Shown here: piece after piece, positions 1 through 13,687 of the stretch
Numbering within the stretch: position 1 is the first letter of the stretch
Layout: every line of letters starts with the position of its first letter
NCBI GenBank assembly: GCA_013239625.1
Contig: MU053561.1
Span: forward strand, 4,695,214 to 4,759,213
Direction of reading: 5' to 3'
DNA from: Lama guanicoe
Lineage: Eukaryota
Length of the DNA: 64,000 bases
Made by a program: the position numbers and the translations under genes
The notes under the pieces: generated by a model
Databases searched by the model: none
Told to the model about the DNA's origin: nothing
What the model saw: only the letters and a program-made list of their open reading frames with translations

Positions 1-389
1 TTATGGCAGAATTTCTGTTGGACTCTTAAGTATTACTTCGGCTGCATTCTGTGAATTTATATGTATTAGTTTTCATTTTTCAGTTCAAGATATTTCCTAA
101 TTGTCCTTGTGATTTCTTCTTTTACCCATGGGTTATTTAGAATTTAGTTTTTAAACTTTCAAAAATCTGGGCTTTCAGTATTTCTTTCTGTTGTTACTTT
201 CTAATTAAATTGAATTGTGGTAGGAGAACATACTATGTATGATTTCAGACTTTTTCAGCTTAGTGAGATTTCTCTTATTAACTAGCAAAGGCTTGGCAAA
301 TTATTTCTTTAAAGGGCCGGGTAATATATATTTTAGGCTTTATACACCACACAAGATCTCTGTTGTGGCCCACTTCCTCTTCCCCCCAT

Positions 390-785
390 ACAATTTGAAT
401 TATGTGTTTGGTCTTTGTCCCTGTTTCCTGAAACAGAACTTATAAGACCGAATGATAGGGGTGGTAGGTGGATCTTTCATTATTCATGAAAGTTTCTTTT
501 AACCATACCTGAGGTTATGCTAAATAAGTGACTTAGTGGGTCTACTAGATAGCTTCAGGATGTGTGCTGTTAGGAGAAACCAAGCATGTGATAAGAGGGT
601 GGGGCTTGAAAGTTCCTGGACCTCTGGGGAGAGTGGAGAGGCTGAGATAGAGTATAATGCGAACTCTGGGTAGGTAGGATCAGAACTGAATTGAATTGTT
701 AGACACTCAGTTGATGTCAGAGAGTTGGAGAAGTGGTGTTAGAAAAGACAACAGATATTTGGTGTCAGGAGGAAAAAACCTTTCA
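390..785 (+). mobile_element. MER21-like LTR fragment nested in a MER58-like hAT element
   Basis: Contains tttggtctttgtccctgtttcctg and ctagatagcttcaggatg motifs. MER58-like halves flank it at ~285-375 and ~790-885. Confidence 0.6.
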
Positions 786-889
786 GAACTCTTTGAAAAA
801 TGTAAACCATTTCTTAGGTTGTGAGTCATACAGAAACAGACCAGGCTTGATTTGGCCCATGGGCCTTAGTATTAGTGCCCATCTTTGGA

Positions 890-3300
890 CTAATACATGA
901 TCTGTCCTTGAGAATGTTTCATTTGTGCTGTGGTAGAATTTGTATTGTACTATCTTTGCATAGAGTGTTCTATGCATATCAGTTACATCAAGTTGGTTAC
1001 TATGTTCAAGGCTTATTAACATAATTGTTGTTACCAATTCCTGAAAAAATGAGTATTGAAATCTCCAGCTGAAATTGTTGAGTTGTCTGTTTCTCCTTTC
1101 ATGCAATTAGTTTTGCTTTGGGTATTTTTTAGGTGCATATGCATTTATAATTTTTATATATTTCTGATGTATTGGCCCTTTGGCATATAAAATGTGTATC
1201 TTTGTGTCTAGTAATACTTTTAGCTGAGACTCTTCTTCCTAATGTTAACCACTCCATCTCTCTTCTGGTTACTATTTTCATGGTGTATCTTTTACCCTTC
1301 TTTTACTTTCAGTCCGTTGTGTCTTTGAGTCAAACATTGTTTATTTTAGATACCACGTAGTTGGATTTTGTGCTTAATCTCTGCCTTTTCATTGGTATGC
1401 TAAGTGCATTCATATTTAAGTAATGATATGGTTGGATTTAGGGTGTTTATTTTCTATCTTTGTCATGTCATTTCTTGGTTCCTTTCCTTTACTAAACCTT
1501 TTGTGTCCACCAGTATTTTTAATGTTCTTTAAAATTTTCTCATTGAGTTTTTACTTTGTTTTTGTTTTAGTTGTTGCTCTAGCAGTTATATGTCTAATTT
1601 AGTACAAGCCCCTTCAAGGTACAACTGTATTAATTTTGTTAAAATGTAGCAATTTTGTTCTACTATAGATCCATTCCTCTCTTTTGTAACTGTTGTCATA
1701 TTATTCAATTTATATGTTTAAAAACCATCAGTACATTATTATGATTATTGGTTTAAACAAGCTTGTGGGTTTTTTAAAAAAGAAATCAAGATGGAAAAAT
1801 AGTCTTTTATGTTTTCCATGTTTACCATTTCTAGTGCTTCTCATTTCCATATGTCGATCCAAGTTACAGTCTTGATTTCAGTTCTTATCAGCCTGAATGG
1901 ACTTTATTATTTTTTTGTGATATACATATGCCAGTGACATTCTCCTAAGTTTTAATTTTACCTGGGAATTTCTTTAGTTTGCTTTCATATTGAAGAATAT
2001 TTTCGCTTTATATATAATTCTTTGTTTTATAGTCTTTTAGTTACTTTAAGTATGCCATTTCATTGCTTTCTGACCTCCATTATTTCTGATGAAAAGTCAG
2101 ATGTTAATATTACTGTTGTTCACCTATGTGGGATGAATTTTCTTTTCCTGCTTTGAAAATTTTCTTTGAAAATCTTTGCCCTTCAACAGTTGGAGTATGG
2201 TAAATCAAGGTTTGATTCTCTTCATTTTATTATATTTAGAGTTCTTCCAACTTTTTGGACCTGCAGATTAATGTATTTTGAGTTTGGGACATTTTTGGTC
2301 ATTATTTCCTCAAGCATTTTTCCTATTCTTTACTCTGATCTTCTGGAACTTCTCATTACATTTATGTTGGGATTCTTGTTGTTGTCTTCCTAGTCTCTGA
2401 GAACCTGTTTCCTTTTGATCTTTTCCCCTTTTATCTATCTACAGTTTCACTCAAGTCTGCTATTGAGCCAAGATATATAATGAATTTTTATTTTGGATAT
2501 TTTGCTTTTTATCTTATGGATTGTCATTATAATATTTAATTCTCTCTTGAGACTTCCTGTATGTTGAGGCACGGCTGTCATATTTTACTTTATTCTTGGA
2601 AATGTTTATAATAGCTGCTTTGAAATCTTCGTCTGCTAACTTCTATGTCTGGACTCAGTTGATTAGGTGACTGACTTTCCTCCCCACTGAGATTGTCACA
2701 CTTTTCTGTTTCTTTAAATGTTCCTCAATTAGATTATAATATATATTTTAGCAACTCTGAATTCTCTTTATTTTTCTGTGGGTTGTTAGCATTTTTCAAT
2801 AACTTACTTGAAAGTAATGGAAACTGTACAGTATAGCCACTGATACCTCTTTTCAGTATTTTTATTTTTATTGTTTAGCCTGGCTTCCTGCGGTTTGCTC
2901 CTGTATCTACAAAGCTTGGTGATCAGCCAGTGCTTTGGGTGGAAGTTGTGATCAAATACCTTGAGCCTATCAGCCTCACACCACTAGTGATTCATCCCTG
3001 TGGTTTGGGAAACACATTAAAAATTGCAGCCAGTTTTTTAGTCTCACTTCACCTTTTGTTTTTACTGGGCTTTTCTTGGGTCTCCCTTTTAGTTAGCCAG
3101 GTATGTGTGAGAATTTATTTCAGTCGTTCTGTGACTCTCTCATTTTAAGTCTTAAATTAATTTGTGTTTGGGCCACTGCTTGCTTTAGCTGTGATCCTAA
3201 CCTCAGTATAGCAAAACTGTTCTTTCCTAATTTGGATACCTATTTTTAGCTGGCAAGTCTTCTGTTTTCACACTTGCCCTCCTGCCCCAGCCTCATATAG
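890..3300 (-). mobile_element. Ancient degraded L1 (L1M-type) fragments
   Basis: T-rich antisense L1-like sequence, e.g. gtattgaaatctccagct, ttctgatgaaaagtcag and ttgggacatttttggtcattattt. Confidence 0.6.
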
Positions 3301-3319
3301 CAGCAAAGCTGCTGTTTTT

Positions 3320-3773
3320 TTAATTTTTTAATTTTATTTTTAAAAATTATAGTTGATTTACAGAGTTACGTTGGTTTCAGGTGTACAACATAGTGATTCA
3401 GTATTTTTATAGATTATACTTCATTTAAAGTTATTATGAAATATTGGCTGTATTCTCTGTGCTGTATAATATATCCTAGTAGCTTATTTATTTTATACAT
3501 AGTAGTTTGTGCCTCCTAATCCTCTACCTTTGTCTTGTCCCTGCCCCTTCCCTCTCCCTAGTGTTAAGCACTATTCTGTTTTCTATATCTGTGAGTCTGT
3601 TTGTTTTGTTATATTCATTCATTTCTTTTATTTTTTAGATTCTGCATGTAAGTGGCAACATACAGTATTTGTCTATCTCTGTCTAACTTATTTCACTAAG
3701 CATAATACATTCCAGGTCCACACATGTTCTTGGCAAAATTTCATTTTTTAATGAGTTGTATTCCATGGTGTGT

Positions 3774-3804
<31 letters not shown>

Positions 3805-4612
3805 CTTCTTTACCCATTGATCTGTTGATGGACACTTAACGTTGCTTCCATATCTTGGCAATTGTAAATAATGCTGCTACAAACATTGGGATGCATGTGT
3901 CTTTTCAAATTAGTTCTTTCATTTTTTCCAGCTATATACCCAGGAGTAGAATTGCTAGATCATGTATGGTAGTTATATTTTCAGTTTTTTGAGGAACCTC
4001 CATACTGTTCTCCAAAGTGTCTGCATCAATTTACATTCCCACCAACAGTGTACAAGGGTTCTCTTTTCTCCACATCCTTGCCAACATTTGTTATGTGTGG
4101 TCTTTTTGATAATAGTCATTCTGACAGGTTTGAGGTGATACCTCATTGTGGTTTTGATAAGCCTTTCTCTTATGATTAGCGATGTTGAGTATCTTTTTAT
4201 GTACTTGTTGGTCATCTGTATCTTCTTTGGAAAAATGTCTGTTCAGGTCTTCTGCCCATTTTTTAATTGGGTTTTTTTTTTGATACTGAGTTATATGAGC
4301 TGTTTATATATTTTGAATATTAACCCTTTCTCAGTCATACCATTTGCAAATATTTTCTTCCGTTCAGTAAGTTGTCTTTTCATTTTGTTAATGGTCTCTT
4401 TTGCTGTACAAAACCTTTACGTTTAATTAGGCCCCATTTGTTTATTTTTGCTTTTGTTTCCTTTGCCTTAGGAGACCGATCCAAAAAAATATTGCTACCA
4501 TTTATGTCAAATAGTGTTCTACCTATGTTTTCTTCTAGGAATTTTATGGTTTCTGGGCTTACATTTAGGTCTAAAATTCATTTTGAATTTATTTTTGTAT
4601 ATGGTATGAGAA
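3320..4612 (-). mobile_element. 5'-truncated L1 (end of ORF2 plus 3' UTR) with a perfect 16-bp TSD
   Basis: The ORF at 3973..4215 resembles the L1 ORF2 C-terminus. TSD CAAAGCTGCTGTTTTT at 3304-3319 and 4613-4628. A (CA)n repeat lies at ~3773-3803. Confidence 0.93.
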
Positions 4613-5024
4613 CAAAGCTGCTGTTTTTATGACCAATGTCACTCTAGTTAAACTACTGATCTTGCTGACCAGACTTGGAGTTGGAGTGGGGATCATAGAA
4701 TAAGATCATCCTCAGGCAGGAAGGCCAGTGCCTTCCACTGGTTTTACCAGAAACTCTAGCACTTTTTGTAGAACAAGCACTTCTCATTTTGTCTAATGGT
4801 TGTTTCCCAGTGATTTGAAGTAGGTGGGGGTTTTGTGCTTATGTGTGACAATTTTTTCCATGTTTTATACCTGTATTTTGAGGGGAGGATTTGCTTTTTA
4901 TTCTTCCATTAGTGGAAGTTGGCTAGCTGTTGATTTTTCCTTTTGTAATTTCATTTTGTCAAAAAATTAAAAAATTTTTAGTATTTAAAAAAGTAACATC
5001 TCATATTTTATATTTTCTAGATCT

Positions 5025-5235
5025 GATTTGCCCTGTACCATTGCCACTAGTCATTTGTGACTGTTTAAATTTTAGTTAACTAAAATTAAATTTAAAATTT
5101 CATTTTGTTAGTTGCACCAAGCTTCTTTCAAAGTGCTCAGTGACCACCTGTTGTATTGGCTGCTGCACTGGACAGTGCAGATATAGCACATTTCCATTAT
5201 TACAGAAAATTCTGTTACACAGTGATGTTCTAAAA
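5025..5235. mobile_element. MER3-like hAT-Charlie DNA transposon
   Basis: Characteristic gccactagtcatttgtg...ctggacagtgcagatatagcacatttccatt...cagaaaattct sequence. Confidence 0.65.
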
Positions 5236-5259
5236 TCTTTGAGACAAATAGTAGCTAAT

Positions 5260-5480
5260 TATAATAGCTGCCATTTTCTGAGTACTTAACTGTGTGTTGG
5301 ATTTTATGTTTATTAGCACATACAATCTTCCAGCACCTCTTGCGATAGGTACTTTTTTTTTGTACTAATATCATCTCTGTTTTACAAGACTCCAAGGTTA
5401 AGGAACTAACCCAAAGTCACACAACACAGAAGGGGATGGGCCTAGAATTTAAACCTAATTAGTCTGGTTCCAGAGTCTAC
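5260..5480 (-). mobile_element. MIR SINE
   Basis: MIR core ...ttttacaag...aggttaaggaactaacccaaagtcacaca... Confidence 0.6.
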
Positions 5481-5909
5481 ATTATTTATTTATTTTTTAT
5501 TTTAATTGAAGTACAGTCAATTACAATGTGTATTTTTAGGGTTATTGGATTGGATTATGTCCATATGTGTGGTCAGTAAAACCTTCTACTTTCTTCTGTC
5601 ATGACCAAGTTATATGATTAAAGTTTTATAGACATAGGAAAACAAAAATATTTTATTATTTTTAAGTTAAACAACTCTATTCAGGATTCACATTGATGTC
5701 AAATGCATTTTGGGATGCACAAATTTTCACATTTTAGAGAGGCAAGACAGTACTTAACTTCTCAGCTGGGCTGTGGCAGGATCCTTGCAATCAATTACTG
5801 TAGTATTTCTGCAGTGATATTTGCATTAAGTAGGGTAACTACAGATACAGTTTCATGCCAGTTCAGATCGGGTCTTTTTCGTTAAGAGTGTGTGTGTATG
5901 TGTGTGTTT

Positions 5910-6148
5910 GTGTTTTGAGTTATAGTCAGTTTACAGTGTTGTGTCAATTTCTGGTGTACAGCACAATTTTTCAGTCATACATGAATATACATGTATTCAT
6001 TTTCATATTCATTTTCCCCATGAGCTACCACCACAAGATCTTGTGTATATTTCCCTGTGCTATACAGTATAAACTTGTCTATCTGTTCTATATATACCTG
6101 TCAGTATTTAGCAATCTCAGACTCCCAGTCTGTCCCTTCCCACCCACG
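5910..6148 (-). mobile_element. Short 3'-end fragment of a young lineage-specific L1
   Basis: Carries the tatagtcagtttacagtgttgtgtcaatttctggtgtacagca motif also seen at 20260, 24360 and 45115. Confidence 0.75.
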
Positions 6149-9100
6149 CTAAATGTGTTTTGAAGCTAAACTTTTTATCAAAATTTTCTGGATTTCAGAA
6201 TTTAGATAAGGAAATATAAGTTCAAGAGCTGCTAAATTTATCTTTAACTGTTAATGTTTGTACATTTTTGTATATTTTTACATTTTGTTTGTGGCTGCCA
6301 TCATGTTTGTTGCAGTAAAGTTTATGATAGTTTATGAATTGTATCCTTTTTTATTCCTTTATTGTTCAATAAAATTCCTCCTTGTCCTATTTAATGCTTT
6401 TTGAAGTCAAATTACATTTATTTAATGCTGTTATTGTTTTCCCTGTTTTGTTTGTTCTATCTCCTTCCACCCACCCTCATTTGCTAGTATATATTTGTTT
6501 ATTCTTTTCTCTTTAAACCTTTCTTTTGTTAGCTATGTTTTTTAATTTGATCAGTTTGCTTTTTAGGAATTACCTTTTTTTAATCGTCTTTTTAAAATTT
6601 AAAAAAGTGTGAAATCATGTTTACTTAATTCCAGCAGAGCTCTTGTCTTTATACTTGTGATGTATACTCTTAACTGCATTTCTCTGAGATTTCTTAGTAC
6701 CTTTTTTCCCCCCTACTCAAGTTCTCTTATTTCTTCCATTAGTTTTGCCTCAGTAGGAGCCAGTCAGCTGGTTCTGATTGTTCACCTTGGTCTCCCGCAA
6801 GTTACTGAACCTCCTCAAATGGAATATACTTGTTCTTTGCCTGTTCATTAGTATGGCTCTCTTTATAGGGTCAAATTTATGGGAGGTGGTGTTTATTGGT
6901 CAGTGGTGAATGAATAGACCGTGGAATATGTGATTAACTGTTTCAGCTGCCCAGTATTGAATGTATTTTCAAATTAAATACCTTATCGCAAGAGTAGCAG
7001 AGCCTTACTATTACCCTGCTCAGTTTGTACAGCTTGGGTTGGAGCAGTCCTCACACAATCCAGGAACTGAACAATTGAGCCTGTCCGTGCAGAATTCAGA
7101 TGGTCTTCTAAAGGAGGCAGTGAATAAAGAGATGCAGTGGACCAGGCAGCCATGGAATTCTGGCTCTTCATGGTCAAGACCCCAGGTTCCACTGGGCCTT
7201 TTCTGTTCCATACCTCCATCCCCCACAAAAAGGGAGTAAAGAAAACCTCAGTGCATGGAAGTTTACTCACATAAGCACATGTGTGTATACACAAATTGAA
7301 GTCCTCTCTTCTGTGAGATGTGCCCACTAAGAAGACTCAGAATTCCTATAGTTTTGGAGTTGAGTACTTGAATTCAAGAACTATCTTGAAGTTTTTGGTT
7401 GTATGGCATTGTTTCTGAGTTAGTGAAAAATCATTCATTCAAATTAGATGTTCAGTACTTTTTTTGTAAAGGATCAAATAGTAATAATTAATGCTGTGTA
7501 GTCCAAATACTATCCCTGTAGCCTTTTCCTTCTTTTCTTATAAAAAATAAAAATCATTCTTAATAAATTATTGGTTAAACTGTTTGTTGTTTTTTAAACT
7601 GCATTTAAAAAATAGCAGATGATAACTAGTCCACATTACCGATTTTAAAAGTATATTATTTTTACACAAGTTTCTGTCAATATTGAAAAAACTACAGGAA
7701 CCCTATTTCAGATAATGCTGAGTATTGGAATTAGATTGCTATATTTGGTAATGAACGTATAATTTTCTGAGTATGTGAGGTTTCTAAATTTTAATTTAAA
7801 GATTGATACATCTTTAAGAATTAGGAAGTTTAAATACCAAGAGGCTTTATGATAACATCCATGATTATTAATGTATTTCCTAAATGTATTTTGTTATGTT
7901 TCATAGTCAGTGTCAGGTCTTATATGATCATTTGTGCACATAAGTGGCCATATATAACTATGACTTCAGCTTAAGCCAATTTTATATTTAGTGGTAAAAA
8001 AATTTTTGTTTTTGGCTTTTTGAGTTTTTGTTTTATTATGTTCAGGCTGCATATATGTTATAAATATTATGTACACATAAAATATTCGATTTTTAAAATT
8101 TAAGTATAGTTGACTTGCAGTATTATTTTCAGGTGTACAACATAGTGATTTGGTATTTTTTATACATTACAAAATGATGACCACAGTGGTAAAACTGACT
8201 TGTGAAAATTTATGGTATTATTTTGTAGAGATAAGCTAATTTGATTATAAATCAATTATTTTAGTTATTTTCTATATTATATCTCCTTTTTTTTCCTGCA
8301 ATGCAGTATTTTTTGTTCTGCCTCTCCTCGCGGTACATTGTCTCTTTCTCCCTCTTGATTGTCAACTTTTTGTAGGAATGGGTAACATACTTAACATTCC
8401 ACATTTCCAACTCCCCCATACTCATACTAAGATCTTTCTGCTGCTACCTTCATTGTTCTAAAATTTCTGTAGAAAAGATCAGTGACTTGTTGCTTCAGAA
8501 TCTAGTTATTTTTTGCCTTCCTCCCTCTGAGAAAATGTGTACTGCTTCCTCAGTGCCTATTACCGTGTGCACACGGGGAAGAATCAGAGATGAACAAGAG
8601 GATAGGTGCAAAGTGGAGGGAGGAATTAGCGTTGGGAATGGTTGTACCTTTCAAACTTGAGGCTCTTGGTACTACCTGATAATCTCATTATTCTCTCCAG
8701 TCTCTTGTTCCCTGAATTACTCAATTCAAACTTTCAACACTCAGGTCACAAGACTCTCACTCTCATCACTTGATCTGGCCTCCCACTGAAGTAATTGGAG
8801 GCCATAGGTGTAAATTCCCTTCCACCCCTTTCTCCATCTGAAACCTGTTTATATTTTTTCATTCACCATTATTTTCTAAGGGAAAGGAGGGGAGTTGATG
8901 ATTGAAGATTTGGACTAACTGCTCCAAGGTATGGGAAAGAGAAGCTAGAGCTGAATAAAAAGATTGTTAGGTCACACCAAGAGTCAGTCGACATTTAAGG
9001 ATAGTACGTAATTCTAAAAGTATTGGTACAGTGGTGACAAGATCATGAATTGTTCATGGAAAAAGTAGTTGACCACTTTTTGGTTCTCATTTATTTCTGA

Positions 9101-9619
9101 CATGTATGTGTTTGTGCACTGGCTTTTGCTGTAAAATGTACTTACTGTGATTTGCAGTTGAAAATGTTTGAAATCTGTCTCCTAAATCTCAAGACTCCTT
9201 TTCTTTTGCTTGACTTACAAATATTAGTATACCAAGGGATACTGTCCTTCATCCTGTTCTCCCTCACTAATCATAACTGTGCTTCACATTTGCACTACTA
9301 CTTACATGCTGGTAGTTCACTCTAGCTCTAGAACTCTGCTAAACAGTCTGTCCAAAACTTACGCGTTACATTCTGACTAAAATTACTTTCCCCTCACTTT
9401 GAGTAATTATGTAATTATCCATGAATTATCTATACCAGGAACTTGCAATTCTAGAATGTCTAATTTCTTCCCTTGCTGTAACTGTTACGTCTCCATCATC
9501 ACACATTTATTCATTAAGTCAGTCAATTCTGCCTTAATAATAATTTATCCTCTGCATTTCTATTGTGACCGCCTTGGTTTAGTCTCTCATTTTGTTACTA
9601 ATAGACAAGCCTTTTATTT

Positions 9620-9840
9620 AGAAAGCTAGTTTAGCATAGGCTTTAAGAGCATGAGCTATAGGTTCAGACATTGTGGTTTCAGATCTTGGTCTTCCCTCCC
9701 CTCCATTTACATTGTCATATGACTTGAGAACATTGTCTAATGTCTCTGAACCTTAATTTCCTCACCTTTGAAGTAGAGATAGTAATTGAACCTACTTTAC
9801 AGAGTTTATCTGAGGACTAAATGAACTAATATAAATTTCT
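9620..9840 (+). mobile_element. MIR SINE
   Basis: MIR core tctctgaaccttaatttcctcacctttgaa...gaggactaaatga. Confidence 0.6.
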
Positions 9841-10440
9841 CAATAAATACTACAGTGAAACCTTCTACTAATGCAAATATAGATATAATTTGATCATGAT
9901 TATCTCCTGTCCCCAGCACAGTTCTCATTTTCAAATGGGCAGGTTAAAATTCTTGGTGGGATGAGGGCAGAAGTACAAGGTAGAGCGTGATTAGGCTAGG
10001 AGAGAGCCCCTGTGTCCCTAGTAGTCTCATGAGCCAATTTTTGTGAATCGTACTGAGAAAAAGGTGCCAACTAATAGAGATTCTTGGAATTTCTGAAACT
10101 TGGCTCTCTATTTTGTGTGATTGAGTTTTAAGGACCTTGCTTATTTTGTTAATGCAAGGCTTTACCTTATTTTAATTGATATAATTTTAATGCCTGTTTT
10201 ACCTTCATACTGTAATTAGAATGATTTTTTTTCAATTTCATTAAGATGTCATTCTTTAATTTTTTTAAATTTGGCTGTGTGTACATACATATGACACCAA
10301 CATAGGATGATTTTTTTACAACTGTAGTTTAATTAGAACAGATTACCATATTTTGATATTTTAATTTTTTATTTTCTAACCTCTAATATTTATATAATAT
10401 TTACTTTTAGCCCATGGATATGTAGATATCAATATGTTTT

Positions 10441-10546
10441 TGGAGGGGTGGTAATTAGATCTGTTTATTTATTTAATGGAGATACTGGGGATTGAACCCA
10501 AGACCTTGTGCATGCTAGACATGTACTGCTCAGTTGTACCCTCCCC
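10441..10546 (-). mobile_element. tRNA-derived SINE (camelid Vic-1-like)
   Basis: The reverse complement has a GGGGAGGGTA... head and B-box GGGTTCAATCCCCAG. TSD-like caatatgtttt / caatgtgtttt. Confidence 0.85.
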
Positions 10547-13500
10547 ACAATGTGTTTTATACCTTTGTTTATGAGTTTTTATATCTCACTTCTAAATATT
10601 TTTTTTGATGTTCCTAAAGTAAATATCAGGGTGAACTTTGTAAAATTGCTATATTTGCAGGTTATAAGTGGTCTAATATTGGCAGTTTTATATGGTTCAG
10701 TTTAATGCTTTATTCTTATAGCAGTGAATTAGCAGTTCATATAGCAGTATTGTTATATGTATGAAAATTTAATTAGCTCTTATTGTTGAATAATATCTTT
10801 ATCAGGATACAGATGGCTGGTTGTTATTTTCTCTAACAGCTTTGAAGATAATCCTGTTTCTTTTGGCAGTTTGTTTTTACTGATGAGGTCATCTGTTAAG
10901 TCTGATTTTCTTCTGTTACTAGTAGTTGTTAAGAGTGTTTTTTTTTCATCTTTGCTATGTTTAGATGAAGATTTATTTTTTATTTCGCCTACTCAAGACT
11001 TGGATTGTAATCTGAGGTCTCATTTCTTCAGTTCTGAAATTTCCAGCCATTATCTCTGTAGTATCTCTACCTCATTTCCTTCATGGACTTTTAGAACTTT
11101 TGGCACATGCTGGAGTTTCTCATTCAGTTCTTTAGCTTACTGCTTTTGTGATTTCTGTCTCTGTTTATCCCTGTGTTGAATTCTGTGTGATTTCTTCATA
11201 TTTATCTTGTACATTAATCATTTTCTTTACAGTTATCTCTTACTTAACTTGTGTTTTGAGTTCATTCAATAATATTTTATTTTCTTTGATTCTTTTCAGA
11301 TCTGCCGAGATTCATAGATTCTGTTTGTCACTTTATGTCTCTGAACAATTTACACATATTTGAAGTCTTTTTGAGGCTGTTTTGTTTTCTGTGGTTCAGG
11401 TTTTTACTTCTCGGTTTATTATGTTTGTTGACTCGCTCTAATAGTATTGGGTTTCTTCATGGGTACTGTAGTTTTATTTATGAGCTTATCTTCAGTGGAA
11501 GTTCCTCTTGTGCCTTGGGTTCAGAGGTGTTCTAATGAGATGGTTTCGTGTTTGTAAGCGTCCAGACAAGCTTCTTTTTGCTATTGTTGTTAAATGAATA
11601 TGTGAATTCACCTAAATAGGAATCCCAGGAAGAGAGAGAAGTGGATATTTGGCAAAAAATAATAACTTCTGCATTGTGGGCATTTTGTTTGGATTGATTG
11701 AAGAGGAAATTTTAAGTAAGATACTGAACTTAGGTTAGAGAATAGAAGAGAAACATTGACTTCAGCCTTGGGGAAGATGACTAGTATGATGGACTGGATT
11801 CCTTGGGTTCCTCTGGTTCATAATAGATTCACTCCCAGTTTTCCACTCAGCATTTCTGAAGTCCCAGGAAAACTTGTGCCAGGACATGAAGGTGCTGGGC
11901 TGGACGTTGCATCACTACCTGAACTTCCCCTAAGTCCTCTGACATTGGATAGGTTACCAGTTTATTATCAAAGAATATGACTCAGGAACAGCCAGAAAAA
12001 GGAGATGCATGGGCCAAGGTATGTGGGAAGAGGTGTGGAACTTCTAGGCTCATTGAATATATGTCATTCTCCCCGAATCTCCACAAGTTCAGCAACCTGG
12101 AAAGCTCTGCTAGACAAGCTTCTTAGTTTCTCGACTAGGCTTTTCTGTGTACTGTGCAGACCATACACACTTTGATTACACATCTGTGTATGAAGCTGAT
12201 TTGGTGTTCTGACTTCTTATGGTTGACTCCAGGGCTGGCAAGGATTTTAGGTTATAGAGTACTTAGAGCCTGCCCCACGGCTTTATTGAGGGAGCTCAGT
12301 TTCACCTTTAACCTTTGTGTTACTTCGTGTTTCCAGTGGCTGGACCGATAATCCCTGTGGCCCACTTGCGTCAGTGCCTTGCCACTTGGGCTTTGAGTGC
12401 CCTTTTTGTTTCCGGCACTTCAGAACATTGTCTTCTTGGTTGTAGACACAGTTGTATATTTTTGGATCTACACATAAACTTGTTGTAGGTTAGTCATTTC
12501 TGTGTTTCAAGTGGGGGTCAGGTGGTCTTTCCACATCTGTTTAGTGATCCATCTGGAATGGAAGTCCACCAATTTACTGAAACTGAATTCCACTTAACAA
12601 AATAACACTGTGGAGATAAACTAGTTCGTAGGCTTGTCTGTTCGGGCCTTTAACACCAGCCCCCTGTCAGTAATTACACATTTTAGTAAATTGGCATTTA
12701 AAAGAAATTAATAGGTATGAATGAGACTCTCAGAACTTGAGCTTTGAGGTAATGAAATCAGTTCTAAGGACATTATGTATAAAACTGGTCAGTAGCTTTG
12801 GCTTTGAAGTTTGGGTTTCAGTTTTGTATAATAATCAAAACTCACCATGACAACTAGTACTGAGTGATTGAGTCAGGAGCACACTCATCTGATCTACACC
12901 AATTACAAGGGAATACTTACTCATAAACTCAAGTGGAGAATGACTCTCATTTTCAACACAAAAGTTTATACAATTTTTAAATTTATTTATAAATATAGAC
13001 GCAGGTAGAAAAAAAGGTTCTCTAAAGAAGCTTCAGCTCTTTTTGTCTTGGTGATAAGGCACCTTGACTTCTGGGTAATCTGACAGAAGTAAGTAGTCAG
13101 CATAGGAATGACACTTGCTGACAGCTGCAGTCATGAATTTTCCTTGTGTCTCATTGGGAATTCTTTCATGCTTCAAATTTCTTTATTCCAAGCTTCTCTG
13201 AAAATCCTTATGGCAAATAAGAGTCTTTCTCAAATGTATTCCCCCATTCCGTATGTAACTTATCTTTTAAATCCCTTAATTTTATTTTAAGGGGGAGTTT
13301 GGAATGAGGAAAAGGTGAATTTATGTTTTTATGAACAGTGATGTCAGCTTGCCAGACTGAAGTAGAAATTTTAAGAATCTGAGAATCAGCTTATTGAGTT
13401 CAAAGAAACAAAACACTTGGTATGACTTGAATCGAATCATTTATTTACACAGGTATAATGGTTATTTTTCATAATATTGAATGTTTCTTGCTCAGAATAG

Positions 13501-13687
13501 AATGTCTCTTCAGAGATATTCCTTCATTTAGATGTTGCAAATTAACTTTTTCAGCATTTTACATATATATAATTATGTATGCATATAGATATTTTTCTGT
13601 CTGTAGACTACTTTTCTTCTCTTCCATTTTTGAACATTGTACCTGCTATTCTTCATTTGCATGCTCTTTCTTCCTTTCCTTGTTTTG

